From: Balanoglossus misakiensis
Taxonomy: Eukaryota > Animalia > Hemichordata
NCBI GenBank assembly: GCA_040954595.2
Contig: CM082578.2
Location: forward strand, 2,152,831 to 2,216,830
Length of the DNA stretch: 64,000 bases
Direction: 5' to 3'
The position numbers and the translations under genes are program-made. Below are positions 50,445-63,523 of this stretch, piece after piece; the stretch's first letter is position 1, and every line of letters begins with the position of its first letter. The notes below the pieces were generated by a model, which made no database searches, was not told where the DNA came from, and saw nothing but the letters and a program-made list of their open reading frames with translations.

Positions 50445-50887
50445 GATTCACCCTTGACATGTGTTTTTTATACAAAATTATCCACTCACAGTATGATTCA
50501 CCTGGTATTTTAAATCAAATATGTTTTTATGCCCCTAGTAGAAATTTACGCAAGAAACCCTTTTTTAAACCCGACTTGTGCTCCGTTAATTGTAGACAAT
50601 TCTCGACAATGCTCAGATGCATGTCTGCTTTTAATGAGATTTCTTCTAAATGTAATATTGATATTTTTTCTACGCTCCATAGTTTTAAATCTATTTTATC
50701 CAGTCATTTTAATGGTACTGTTCCTTGATTTGTATTTATATTTTACGTGACATGTGTTACTTTTTTCGGTGTCTTGTTTATCAGTTAGTTTTTGTTTTGT
50801 GATTTAATTGTTTTTATTGTTTCCCAGATCTGTAAGTTGGTTTGCCCGTTGATCTGTGTAATAAATAAATAAATTAAAAAAAAAAAA
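50445..50887 (+). mobile_element. 3' fragment of the CR1-like LINE, cut exactly at the Academ TIR
   Basis: Near-identical to 60599-61044, with (AAAT)n/poly(A) tail followed by GTAAGCT. Confidence 0.9.
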
Positions 50888-51119
50888 GTAAGCTGGACAC
50901 TACTCACTCCGAGCCCGACCTGGTAATTTGTATGTTGTCCATCGAGCGCCTATAGCTTAGACCTATACAGGAGAGAACGGTTTATGAAGTTATGTTCAAC
51001 AAAAATATATGATCATGGAATTAAAGAATTTGGAGAAAAAAAATATAATTAAAAATGGACGTTTACGACGACAAAAAGGAAGACTGTTTAATGCAAAAGT
51101 TAAGAAAAAGGAAAAATTC

Positions 51120-51239
51120 AAGCCTACGGCACGTGGTATTCCCAGGCGGTCACCCATCCAAGTACTAACCACGCCCAACGCAGCTTAACTACGGTGATCG
51201 GACGAGAACCGGTGTATTCGACGTGGTATGGCCGTAGGC
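51120..51239 (-). rRNA. rrn5: 5S rRNA
   Basis: Reverse complement GCCTACGGCCATACCACG...TAGTACTTGGATGGGTGACCGCCTGGGAATACCACGTGCCGTAGGCTT, followed by T-runs (Pol III terminator). Confidence 0.97.
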
Positions 51240-52190
51240 AAACACTGCTTGAATTTCTACAATTATTAAGCAAACGGAAGCTTCACTAACACATAGGCGT
51301 ACACACAGAGCACGCGGCACGATAATTGTGTGCGTGGCCAGCTGATTGACCGACCCTATCTTATAATTTATATGGGAGAGAGCGGTTTTGTCTTGTTATA
51401 TCCTACAAAAAGTGACCATATTAAAGTGGAGAAATAATGACCTGATAATTTGTGTGGCCGATCGACCGTCCCTATCTAAGGCCTATATTGGTATGTTATG
51501 CAAGACACACTATTCGAAATAACGCCTGTCCGACAGTCCGAGACTGGTTGTTTCTCCATCAGACTGATAGTAAAAAAGTTACCAGTCCGGCGGACAGGTT
51601 GAATTTAGCGTGGAGTTGACTTGTTTGCGGTATCATAGACGTACATGTACGTGACCCCATCGTGACCCTGGCTGTCCGGGATAGCACCACCAACGATATC
51701 TTTTAGACCATCCTCTGTTTATTAGGCCCCTATTGCAATTAATTACCGTCCCTATCTTATATTGGAGGGAACGGGTTTGTCTTGGCATGTTATGCAAAAC
51801 ACTTGAAAGATGAATTTTTTTTTTTAAATGACGTTTATGACATACAGATGTAACCGACCCCATAAGGTCCCAATGGTATATATTTACATCATACACCAAA
51901 TTGGACTTAAAAACCAAAAATTGAAAGCCGCTGGAGTTTCTGCGACTATGAACTCAACGTAAGCTGGACACTACTCACTCCGAGCCCGACCTGGTAATTT
52001 GTATGTTGTCCATCGAGCGCCTATAGCTTAGACCTATACAGGAGAGAACGGTTTATGAAGTTATGTTCAACAAAAATATATGATCATGGAATTAAAGAAT
52101 TTGGAGAAAAAATATATAATTAAAAATGGACGTTTACAACGACAAAAAGGAAGACTGTTTAATGCAAAAGTTAAGAAAAAGGAAAAATTC

Positions 52191-52310
52191 AAGCCTACGG
52201 CACGTGGTATTCCCAGGCGGTCACCCATCCAAGTACTAACCACGCCCAACGCAGCTTAACTTCGGTGATCGGACGAGAACCGGTGTATTCGACGTGGTAT
52301 GGCCGTAGGC
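52191..52310 (-). rRNA. rrn5: 5S rRNA
   Basis: 120-nt copy with box A and box C. Confidence 0.97.
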
Positions 52311-53255
52311 AAACACTGCTTGAATTTCTACAATTATTAAGCAAACGGAAGCTTCACTAACACATAGGCGTACACACAGAGCACGCGGCACGATAATTGT
52401 GTGCGTGGCCAGCTGATTGACCGACCCTATCTTATAATTTATATGGGAGAGAGCGGTTTTGTCTTGTTATATCCTACAAAAAGTGACCATATTAAAGTGG
52501 AGAAATAATGACCTGATAATTTGTGTGGCCGATCGACCGTCCCTATCTAAGGCCTATATTGGTATGTTATGCAAGACACACTATTCGAAATAATGCCTGT
52601 CCGACAGTCCGAGACTGGTTGTTTTTCCATCAGACTGATAGTAAAAAAGTTACCAGTCCGACGGACAGGTTGAATTTAGCGTGGAGTTGACTTGTTTGCG
52701 GTATCATAGACGTACGTGACCCCATCGTGACCCTGGCTGTCCGGGATAGCACCACCAACGATATCTTTTAGACCATCCTCTGTTTATTAGGCCCCTATTG
52801 CAATTAATTACCGTCCCTATCTTATATTGGAGGGCACGGGTTTGTCTTGGCATGTTATGCAAAACACTTGAAAGATGAATTTTTTTTTTTAAATTACGTT
52901 TATGACATACAGATGTAACCGACCCCATAAGGTCCCAATGGTATATATTTACATCATACACCAAATTGGACTTAAAAACCAAAAATTGAAAGCCGCTGGA
53001 GTTTCTGCGACTATGAACTCAACGTAAGCTGGACACTACTCACTCCGAGCCCGACCTGGTAATTTGTATGTTGTCCATCGAGCGCCTATAGCTTAGACCT
53101 ATACAGGAGAGAACGGTTTATGAAGTTATGTTCAACAAAAATATATGATCATGGAATTAAAGAATTTGGAGAAAAAAAATATAATTAAAAATGGACGTTT
53201 ACGACGACAAAAAGGAAGACTGTTTAATGCAAAAGTTAAGAAAAAGGAAAAATTC

Positions 53256-53375
53256 AAGCCTACGGCACGTGGTATTCCCAGGCGGTCACCCATCCAAGTA
53301 CTAACCACGCCCAACGCAGCTTAACTTCGGTGATCGGACGAGAACCGCTGTATTCGACGTGGTATGGCCGTAGGC
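53256..53375 (-). rRNA. rrn5: 5S rRNA
   Basis: 120-nt copy, one substitution. Confidence 0.97.
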
Positions 53376-54321
53376 AAACACTGCTTGAATTTCTACAATT
53401 ATTAAGCAAACGGAAGCTTCACTAACACATAGGCGTACACACAGAGCACGCGGCACGATAATTGTGTGCGTGGCCAGCTGATTGACCGACCCTATCTTAT
53501 AATTTATATGGGAGAGAGCGGTTTTGTCTTGTTATATCCTACAAAAAGTGACCATATTAAAGTGGAGAAATAATGACCTGATAATTTGTGTGGCCGATCG
53601 ACCGTCCCTATCTAAGGCCTATATTGGTATGTTATGCAAGACACACTATTCGAAATAACGCCTGTCCGACAGTCCGAGACTGGTTGTTTTTCCATCAGAC
53701 TGATAGTAAAAAAGTTACCAGTCCGACGGACAGGTTGAATTTAGCGTGGAGTTGACTTGTTTGCGGTATCATAGACGTACGTGACCCCATCGTGACCCTG
53801 GCTGTCCGGGATAGCACCACCAACGATATCTTTTAGACCATCCTCTGTTTATTAGGCCCCTATTGCAATTAATTACCGTCCCTATCTTATATTGGAGGGC
53901 ACGGGTTTGTCTTGGCATGTTATGCAAAACACTTGAAAGATGAATTTTTTTTTTTTAAATGACGTTTATGACATACAGATGTAACCGACCCCATAAGGTC
54001 CCAATGGTATATATTTACATCATACACCAAATTGGACTTAAAAACCAAAAATTGAAAGCCGCTGGAGTTTCTGCGACTATGAACTCAACGTAAGCTGGAC
54101 ACTACTCACTCCGAGCCCGACCTTGTAATTTGTATGTTGTCCATCGAGCGCCTATAGCTTAGACCTATACAGGAGAGAACGGTTTATGAAGTTATGTTCA
54201 ACAAAAATATATGATCATGGAATTAAAGAATTTGGAGAAAAAAAATATAATTAAAAATGGACGTTTACGACGACAAAAAGGAAGACTGTTTAATGCAAAA
54301 GTTAAGAAAAAGGAAAAATTC

Positions 54322-54441
54322 AAGCCTACGGCACGTGGTATTCCCAGGCGGTCACCCATCCAAGTATTAACCACGCCCAACGCAGCTTAACTTCGGTGAT
54401 CGGACGAGAACCGGTGTATTCGACGTGGTATGGCCGTAGGC
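54322..54441 (-). rRNA. rrn5: 5S rRNA
   Basis: 120-nt copy, one substitution. Confidence 0.97.
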
Positions 54442-54940
54442 AAACACTGCTTGAATTTCTACAATTATTAAGCAAACGGAAGCTTCACTAACACATAGGC
54501 GTACACACAGAGCACGCGGCACGATAATTGTGTGCGTGGCCAGCTGATTGACCGACCCTATCTTATAATTTATATGGGAGAGAGCGGTTTTGTCTTGTTA
54601 TATCCTACAAAAAGTGACCATATTAAAGTGGAGAAATAATGACCTGATAATTTGTGTGGCCGATCGACCGTCCCTATCTTAGGCCTATATTGGTATGTTA
54701 TGCAAGACACACTATTCGAAATAACGCCTGTCCGACAGTCCGAGACTGGTTGTTTTTCCATCAGACTGATAGTAAAAAAGTTACCAGTCCGGCGGACATG
54801 TTGAATTTAGCGTGGAGTTGACTTGTTTGCGGTATCATAGACGTACGTGACCCCATCGTGACCCTGGCTGTCCGGGATAGCACCACCAACGATATCTTTT
54901 AGACCATCCTCTGTTTATTAGGCCCCTATTGCAATTAATT

Positions 54941-56973
54941 GGCAGAAAAAATGTGGAGAAAATCTAGGTTGGAAGTACATCGCCAGATTTACAGGGCCTG
55001 TCGGACCGACGTCGTTCGCCTTGTGGATGCTGCTAAAAAGAACCATTATGTCGGCCTTGTTGACGAGTGCTCAGGTAACCAAAAACAATTATTCAAGGTC
55101 GTAAAGGGACTGCTTGGTCACAATAACACATCCACTGTACTACCAAAACATGATGATTCTCTGGAATTAGCAAATCGTTTTGCAAAATTCTTCATTAATC
55201 GCGTAAAATCACTAACTATAAATATGGGCAATTCCATTCGACATCATTCACAACCACAAACTGAATTGAAATCCGATTGTCGCCTTAATGCCTTTGAGCC
55301 TACAACTGCTGATGAAATTGACAAGGTTATTCGTGCATCGCCTTCATCTACTTGTCGCCTTGATCCGATTCCTACCAAGATCTTCACACATTCTGACATT
55401 TTACAAGTTGTGTTACCACATATCACAGAAATCTTCAATAACTCTCTGCAGTATGGTGTTGTACCTCCTCATTTCAAGGAAGGCGTCGTTAAACCTCTAC
55501 TTAAAAAGCCATCTCTTGATCATGAAGTTCTCAAAAATTTCCGTCCTGTATCCAACCTGCCGTTTTTGTCGAAGATCCTGGAACGTATTGTTGCCAAGAG
55601 ACTGACTTCTCACATTGTCAACCATTCATTGGACGAGCCTTTGCAATCTGCTTACAAGCCAGGACACAGTACTGAGACTGCTCTCCTCAAAGTAACAAAT
55701 GACATTTTGCTTGCTCTTGATGAAAAAAGAGATGTTTTCTTGGTATTACTCGATCTTTCCGCAGCATTTGACACTGTGAACCATACCATTTTACTCAATC
55801 GCTTAAGAGACCGCTTTGGTCTCTCTGATACTGTTCTCATGTGGTTTAAGTCATACCTTCCAATCGTAGTCAGTGTGTACTTGTAAATTCCACCCAATCA
55901 CGTCACCTTTTTATCCGCTCGACACTGGGGTACCACAGGGATCAGTTCTTGGTCCCATACTTTTCAATATGTACACGTCTCCATTAGGTGAATTAGTTCA
56001 AAGTCATGGTTGTCTTTATAGTTTTTATGCAGATGACTCTTCACTTTATTTGTCTTTTAGTAAAGACAACGCAGCAAAAACTGTTTCAAATCTTGAACTT
56101 TGTATATCTGATGTTAGGTTTTGGATGTCTGAAAACTTCTTGTGCTTAAACGATGATAAGACTGAATTTGTTATTTTCTCTGGTATTTTGGGTGATCTGT
56201 CTGCTAGAGGGATTTCAGAAATTCGTGTTGGCGATTCTCTGATTCCCGTCCACTGTCAGGCTAAGAGCCTTGGAGTGATCCTTGACTCTTGTCTGACAAT
56301 GAAGCCACATATTGGACAGATCTGCTGCTCTGCCACTTTTCATTTACGTCGCATTGCGTTTATCCGCAAATATTTATCTCATTCTGCTACAGAGCAATTA
56401 GTTCATGCATTCATTACGTCTCGAATTGATTCATGTAATTCACTTTTATTTGGGCTCCCGAAGTATTCAATCAACCGTATCCAACGCGTTCAGAATATTG
56501 CTGCTAGAATTGTAACTCGTTCAAAAATCACCTGTCACATCACTCCAATTTTGTATCAGTTGCACTGGCTACCTGTTACAGAGCGTATTGTTTTTAAGAT
56601 GTTAGTTCTCATTTTTGAATCCATTCATAAACTTGGTCCAATCTATCTTTCAAGCATGACTAATCTATATGTTCCGTGTCGCAATTTAAGGTCAGCGGAT
56701 CAGTTCAAACTCTGCCCTGTTCGATCACGCACCAAGAGTTATGGTGATCGTGCTTTTACTGTTGCTGCTCCAATTCTTTGGAATAATCTTCCACTCACCA
56801 TTCGCCAGGCACCAGACTTATCTGTTTTTAAATCAAATGTTAAAACTTTACTTTTTAAATCTGTTTTTTAGCCATTTGTTGTATTGTACTTTTGCTTTAA
56901 GCGTCATTGATCACATTTTTTGTGGATACTGACGCTATACAAATAAATTATTATTATTATTATTATTATTATT
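54941..56973 (+). mobile_element. 5'-truncated L2-clade LINE (RT ORF with one frameshift near 55860)
   Basis: 'LDPIPT', 'FRPVSNLPFLSKILE', 'HSTETALLKV', 'LDLSAAFDTVNH', 'GVPQGSVLGP', 'FYADD', 'LHWLPV', and an (ATT)n tail. Confidence 0.9.
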
Positions 56974-57191
56974 ACTCACTCCGAGCCCGACCTGGTAATT
57001 TGTATGTTGTCCATCGAGCGCCTATAGCTTAGACCTATACAGGAGAGAACGGTTTATGAAGTTATGTTCAACAAAAATATATGATCATGGAATTAAAGAA
57101 TTTGGAGAAAAAAAATATAATTAAAAATGGACGTTTACGACGACAAAAAGGAAGACTGTTTAATGCAAAAGTTAAGAAAAAGGAAAAATTC

Positions 57192-57311
57192 AAGCCTACG
57201 GCACGTGGTATTCCCAGGCGGTCACCCATCCAAGTACTAACCACGCCCAACGCAGCTTAACTTCGGTGATCGGACGAGAACCGCTGTATTCGACGTGGTA
57301 TGGCCGTAGGC
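57192..57311 (-). rRNA. rrn5: 5S rRNA
   Basis: 120-nt copy, same substitution as 53256-53375. Confidence 0.97.
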
Positions 57312-58029
57312 AAACACTGCTTGAATTTCTACAATTATTAAGCAAACGGAAGCTTCACTAACACATAGGCGTACACACAGAGCACGCGGCACGATAATTG
57401 TGTGCGTGGCCAGCTGATTGACCGACCCTATCTTATAATTTATATGGGAGAGAGCGGTTTTGTCTTGTTATATCCTACAAAAAGTGACCATATTAAAGTG
57501 GAGAAATAATGACCTGATAATTTGTGTGGCCGATCGACCGTCCCTATCTAAGGCCTATATTGGTATGTTATGCAAGACACACTATTCGAAATAACGCCTG
57601 TCCGACAGTCCGAGACTGGTTGTTTTTCCATCAGACTGATAGTAAAAAAGTTACCAGTCCGGCGGACAGGTTGAATTTAGCGTGGAGTTGACTTGTTTGC
57701 GGTATCATAGACGTACGTGACCCCATCGTGACCCTGGCTGTCCGGGATAGCACCACCAACGATATCTTTTAGACCATCCTCTGTTTATTAGGCCCCTATT
57801 GCAATTAATTACCGTCCCTATCTTATATTGGAGGGCACGGGTTTGTCTTGGCATGTTATGCAAAACACTTGAAAGATGAATTTTTTTTTAAATGACGTTT
57901 ATGACATACAGATGTAACCGACCCCATAAGGTCCCAATGGTATATATTTACATCATACACCAAATTGGACTTAAAAACCAAAAATTGAAAGCCGCTGGAG
58001 TTTCTGCGACTATGAACTCAACGTAAGCT

Positions 58030-61000
58030 TTAAGACTTTTCTACCAAAATACAAGAAGTATTGCTGGTCCAAACAAGCTTCCCAAGTTTAACATTCAATT
58101 TTCTGATGCTGTGTTTGACTTGATTGTAATCACAGAAACTTGGTTGCACACCTCGGTTAACTGCAGTGAACTCCTAAACAATCAGTACTCTATTTTTCGT
58201 CGCGATCGTGATGCATCGACCAGTTGCAAGTCCCGTGGTGGTGGAGTACTCATCGCAGTCAGATCGGATATAGAAGCTCGTCAGTGCTCTGATGTAGATT
58301 CTAATGCTAACATTGAAATTATATGGATCCAACTTAATCTTTTAAACACCAATCTGTAGCTAGGTGTTGTTTATATGCCGCCAAACTCCAACCTTCAGTC
58401 ATATAACATTCTAGACGATAGTATTGACCGTATAAGTCATCTTTGTACGCCTAATGACTCCATTCTGCTGCTTGGTGACTTCAATCTACCAGATATCTCT
58501 TGGGTTCCTGATGTGGAGTTGGACCACTTTGTTCCTAGTGCATGGTCCTCTGCTTCTTCTGAGAGATTTATTGATACTCTTAACGAACACAATCTGCTCC
58601 AAGTAAACGGTCATCCCACCTGTAATGGTCATACACTTGACCTGGTTTGTTCAAGCTTCACCAAGATTTCCGTTTCAGTAAGTGAATCTGTTATTCCATC
58701 TGACCATCTTCCACTCGAATGTGACATTAATCTGGCTGCTCCAAAGCGGGTTTCTTACCCTGATCTTTGGGTCTACAACTATAAGAATGCGGACTTCGAC
58801 CACTTAAAAACCAATATTTCCTCACTCCCTTGGACTGCACTTCTAAACAGCTCCAACATCGACGATGATGCTGAACTTTTCTATGACCTCCTACAATCGG
58901 CTATAGACGACACAATTCCTAAAGTCCGCATAAAAAGAAGAAAGTTCCCCCTGTGGTTTGACGCCGATCTAATCTCCCGTGTAAGGGAGAAGGAAATCGC
59001 GAGACGCCAGTATAAACGCACTCAGACTCGTTCCGACTACTCTGTCTTCTCGCGTCTGCGTGCTCAACTTAACCTAGCCAAGGACGTACGTTATCGGGAA
59101 TATCTCTCAGATGTCCAGGCCTCCATCCACGAAAACAGCAAACGTTTTTGGGGTTATGCGAAATCCAAGCGTAAATTGACTCTGAACTCTTTTAACTTTG
59201 AACTTAACGGCAAGCAGTCTAACTCAGGCTCCGAAGCTGCTCAACTTTTTGCCGATTTTTTTGCCTCTGTTTTCACTGAAAACAATGACCCTAATTTACC
59301 TGAGCTTAATTATCCTTGCTTTGGGCAACTCTCACATGTCAATATCAGTACCCAGAGTATTGAGAAAGCCATCGCATCTCTTGACTTGAACAAAGCCAGT
59401 GGCCCGGATGGTTTATCCGCCCGTGTCATTAAACACTGTTCAGATGTTATTGTTGTCCCCCTCCAGATTTTATTCCAAAAATCAATTTATCTGGGACAGT
59501 TTCCTACCAAGTACAAACAGGCCAATGTTGTCCCCATTTTTAAATCTGGTCGCCAATCCTTTGTTGAGAATTACCGCCCCATCTCCTTGTTGCCTCTTTT
59601 TGCTAAGATTTTTGAAGCTGTTATTGTCCCTCATATCTACCAGCATGTTCGACCAAATATATCCATTTATCAGCATGGATTTGTTAAAAATAGATCTACC
59701 ACAACAAACTTAGTGGCTTACACTGATTTCATTTCAGCTTCATTGAACAACAAAGAACAGGTAGATTCAATCTACACTGATTTTAGCAAGGCGTTTGACA
59801 GTGTCTGTCACACACTACTGCTGTACAAAGCCGCCAAATTTGGTATATGTGGCAATTTGCACAGCTGGCTGGCGTCGTATCTCCATCTCAGACAACAGAG
59901 GGTGGTGTTTGGCAGTCACTCGTCAAACAGCTTCACTGCTACATCGGGGGTCCCACAAGGTTCACTCTTGGGGCCACTACTTTTTGTAATGTATATAAAT
60001 GATATATCACTGTTAGATATTTCTGCAAAGCTCAGCATGTATGCCGACGATGCTAAGATTTACCGTACCATCACCTCCTCCGCTGATTGTGACTTGTTAC
60101 AGAAAGACCTTGATAAATTTGCTCTCTGGTGAGACAACTGGAAGTTGTCACCTAATATCAATAAATGCAAATTCATCAGTTTCACCCTAAAGAAAAGGGT
60201 TATTTCATCTACTGACTACTCTATCAATGGCACTCCCCTTCAACGTGTTTCTGTAATCAAGGACTTGGGCATATACCTTACTTCTAATCTCAATTATTCT
60301 TTTCACATAAATAACACAGTATCCAGAGCCTTCAAATCTCTGGGTTTTATTAAGCGCCTCTGCCAGCCTTTTAATGACATGTCCGCAATTATTTCTCTAT
60401 ATTTTGTTTATGTAAGATCTATTCTAGAGTATGGCTCTGTTGTGTGGTCACCCCACCAACAGGGCCTGTCAGACAAGATTGAGCGGGTACAAATTAAGTT
60501 TGTGAAGTACATTTGTTGCAAACTCAATATTCACTGCAGCAGGTCCAGCTACCCTATTTATTGTAGATTACTGAATATCCCAATGTTATATAACAGAAGA
60601 TTCACCCTTGACATGTGTTTTTTATACAAAATTATCCACTCACAGTATGATTCACCTGGTATTTTAAATCAAATATGTTTTTATGCCCCTAGTAGAAATT
60701 TACGCAAGAAACCCTTTTTTAAACCCGACTTGTGCTCCGTTAATTGTAGAAAATTCTCGACAATGCTCAGATGCATGTCTGCTTTTAATGAGATTTCTTC
60801 TAAATGTAATATTGATATTTTTTCTACGCTCCATAGTTTTAAATCTATTTTATCCAGTCATTTTAATGGTACTGTTCCTTGATTTCTATTTATATTTTAC
60901 GTGACATGTGTTACTTTTTTCGGTGTCTTGTTTATCAGTTAGTTTTTGTTTTGTGATTTAATTGTTTTTATTGTTTCCCAGATCTGTAAGTGGGTTTGCC

Positions 61001-61044
61001 CGTTGATCTGTGTAATAAATAAATAAATAAAAAAAAAAAAAAAA
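58030..61044 (+). mobile_element. CR1/Jockey-group LINE, near-complete APE+RT ORF2 with two in-frame stops; 7-bp TSD GTAAGCT
   Basis: APE motifs 'ITETWL', 'RGGGVLI', 'GDFNLP', 'SDH'; RT motifs 'YRPISLL', 'QHGF', 'DFSKAFD', 'GVPQGS', 'YADD'. Stops at 58357 and 60130; poly(A) tail; GTAAGCT at 58023-58029 and 61045-61051. Confidence 0.93.
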
Positions 61045-61276
61045 GTAAGCTGGACACTACTCACTCCGAGCCCGACCTGGTAATTTGTATGTTGTCCATC
61101 GAGCGCCTATAGCTTAGACCTACACAGGAGAGAACGGTTTATGAAGTTATGTTCAACAAAAATATATGATCATGGAATTAAAGAATTTGGAGAAAAAAAA
61201 TATAATTAAAAATGGACGTTTACGACGACAAAAAGGAAGACTGTTTAATGCAAAAGTTAAGAAAAAGGAAAAATTC

Positions 61277-61396
61277 AAGCCTACGGCACGTGGTATTCCC
61301 AGGCGGTCACCCATCCAAGTACTAACCACGCCCAACGCAGCTTAATTTCGGTGATCGGACGAGAACCGGTGTATTCGACGTGGTATGGCCGTAGGC
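61277..61396 (-). rRNA. rrn5: 5S rRNA
   Basis: 120-nt copy, one substitution. Confidence 0.97.
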
Positions 61397-62341
61397 AAAC
61401 ACTGCTTGAATTTCTACAATTATTAAGCAAACGGAAGCTTCACTAACACATAGGCGTACACACAGAGCACGCGGCACGATAATTGTGTGCGTGGCCAGCT
61501 GATTGACCGACCCTATCTTATAATTTATATGGGAGAGAGCGGTTTTGTCTTGTTATATCCTACAAAAAGTGACCATATTAAAGTGGAGAAATAATGACCT
61601 GATAATTTGTGTGGCCGATCGACCGTCCCTATCTAAGGCCTATATTGGCATGTTATGCAAGACACACTATTCGAAATAACGCCTGTCCGACAGTCCGAGA
61701 CTGGTTGTTTTTCCATCAGACTGATAGTAAAAAAGTTACCAGTCCGGCGGACAGGTTGAATTTAGCGTGGAGTTGACTTGTTTGCGGTATCATAGACGTA
61801 CGTGACCCCATCGTGACCCTGGCTGTCCGGGATAGCACCACCAACGATATCTTTTAGACCATCCTCTGTTTATTAGGCCCCTATTGCAATTAATTACCGT
61901 CCCTATCTTATATTGGAGGGCACGGGTTTGTCTTGGCATGTTATGCAAAACACTTGAAAGATGAATTTTTTTTTTAAATGACGTTTATGACATACAGATG
62001 TAACCGACCCCATAAGGTCCCAATGGTATATATTTACATCATACACCAAATTGGACTTAAAAACCAAAAATTGAAAGCCGCTGGAGTTTCTGCGACTATG
62101 AACTCAACGTAAGCTGGACACTACTCACTCCGAGCCCGACCTGGTAATTTGTATGTTGTCCATCGAGCGCCTATAGCTTAGACCTATACAGGAGAGAACG
62201 GTTTATGAAGTGATGTTCAACAAAAATATATGATCATGGAATTAAAGAATTTGGAGAAAAAAAAATATAATTAAAAATGGACGTTTACGACGACAAAAAG
62301 GAAGACTGTTTAATGCAAAAGTTAAGAAAAAGGAAAAATTC

Positions 62342-62461
62342 AAGCCTACGGCACGTGGTATTCCCAGGCGGTCACCCATCCAAGTACTAACCACGCCCAA
62401 CGCAGCTTAACTTCGGTGATCGGACGAGAACCGGTGTATTCGACGTGGTATGGCCGTAGGC
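62342..62461 (-). rRNA. rrn5: 5S rRNA
   Basis: 120-nt consensus copy. Confidence 0.97.
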
Positions 62462-63403
62462 AAACACTGCTTGAATTTCTACAATTATTAAGCAAACGGA
62501 AGCTTCACTAACACATAGGCGTACACACAGAGCACGCGGCACGATAATTGTGTGCGTGGCCAGCTGATTGACAGACCCTATCTTATAATTTATATGGGAG
62601 AGAGCGGTTTTGTCTTGTTATATCCTACAAAAAGTGACCATATTAAAGTGGAGAAATAATGACCTGATAATTTGTGTGGCCGATCGACCGTCCCTATCTA
62701 AGGCCTATATTGGTATGTTATGCAAGACACACTATTCGAAATAACGCCTGTCCGACAGTCCGAGACTGGTTGTTTCTCCATCAGACTGATAGTAAAAAAG
62801 TTACCAGTCTGGCGGACAGGTTGAATTTAGCGTGGAGTTGACTTGTTTGCGGTATCATAGACGTACGTGACCCCATCGTGACCCTGGCTGTCCGGGATAG
62901 CACCACCAACGATATCTTTTAGACCATCCTCTGTTTATTAGGCCCCTATTGCAATTAATTACCGTCCCTATCTTATATTGGAGGGAACGGGTTTGTCTTG
63001 GCATGTTATGCAAAACACTTGAAAGATGAATTTTTTTTTTAATGACGTTTATGACATACAGATGTAACCGACCCCATAAGGTCCCAATGGTATATATTTA
63101 CATCATACACCAAATTGGACTTAAAACCAAAAATTGAAAGCCGCTGGAGTTTCTGCGACTATGAACTCAACGTAAGCTGGACACTACTCACTCCGAGCCC
63201 GACCTGGTAATTTGTATGTTGTCCATCGAGCGCCTATAGCTTAGACCTATACAGGAGAGAACGGTTTATGAAGTTATGTTCAACAAAAATATATGATCAT
63301 GGAATTAAAGAATTTGGAGAAAAAAAATATAATTAAAAATGGACGTTTACGACGACAAAAAGGAAGACTGTTTAATGCAAAAGTTAAGAAAAAGGAAAAA
63401 TTC

Positions 63404-63523
63404 AAGCCTACGGCACGTGGTATTCCCAGGCGGTCACCCATCCAAGTACTAACCACGCCCAACGCAGCTTAACTTCGGTGAACGGACGAGAACCGGTGTA
63501 TTCGACGTGGTATGGCCGTAGGC
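63404..63523 (-). rRNA. rrn5: 5S rRNA
   Basis: 120-nt copy, one substitution. Confidence 0.97.

Noticed and set aside
51905-52000. Possible snRNA or SL RNA in the 5S spacer (minus-strand AATTTTTGG, Sm-site-like)
   Set aside because: No recognisable U1, U2, U4, U5 or SL sequence around it; an Infernal/Rfam scan would be needed.
50996-63462. Recurrent 60-aa ORF 'MGVVSTWMGDRLGIPRAVG' and 92-94-aa spacer ORFs
   Set aside because: Spurious translations of the 5S rRNA gene and its spacer.
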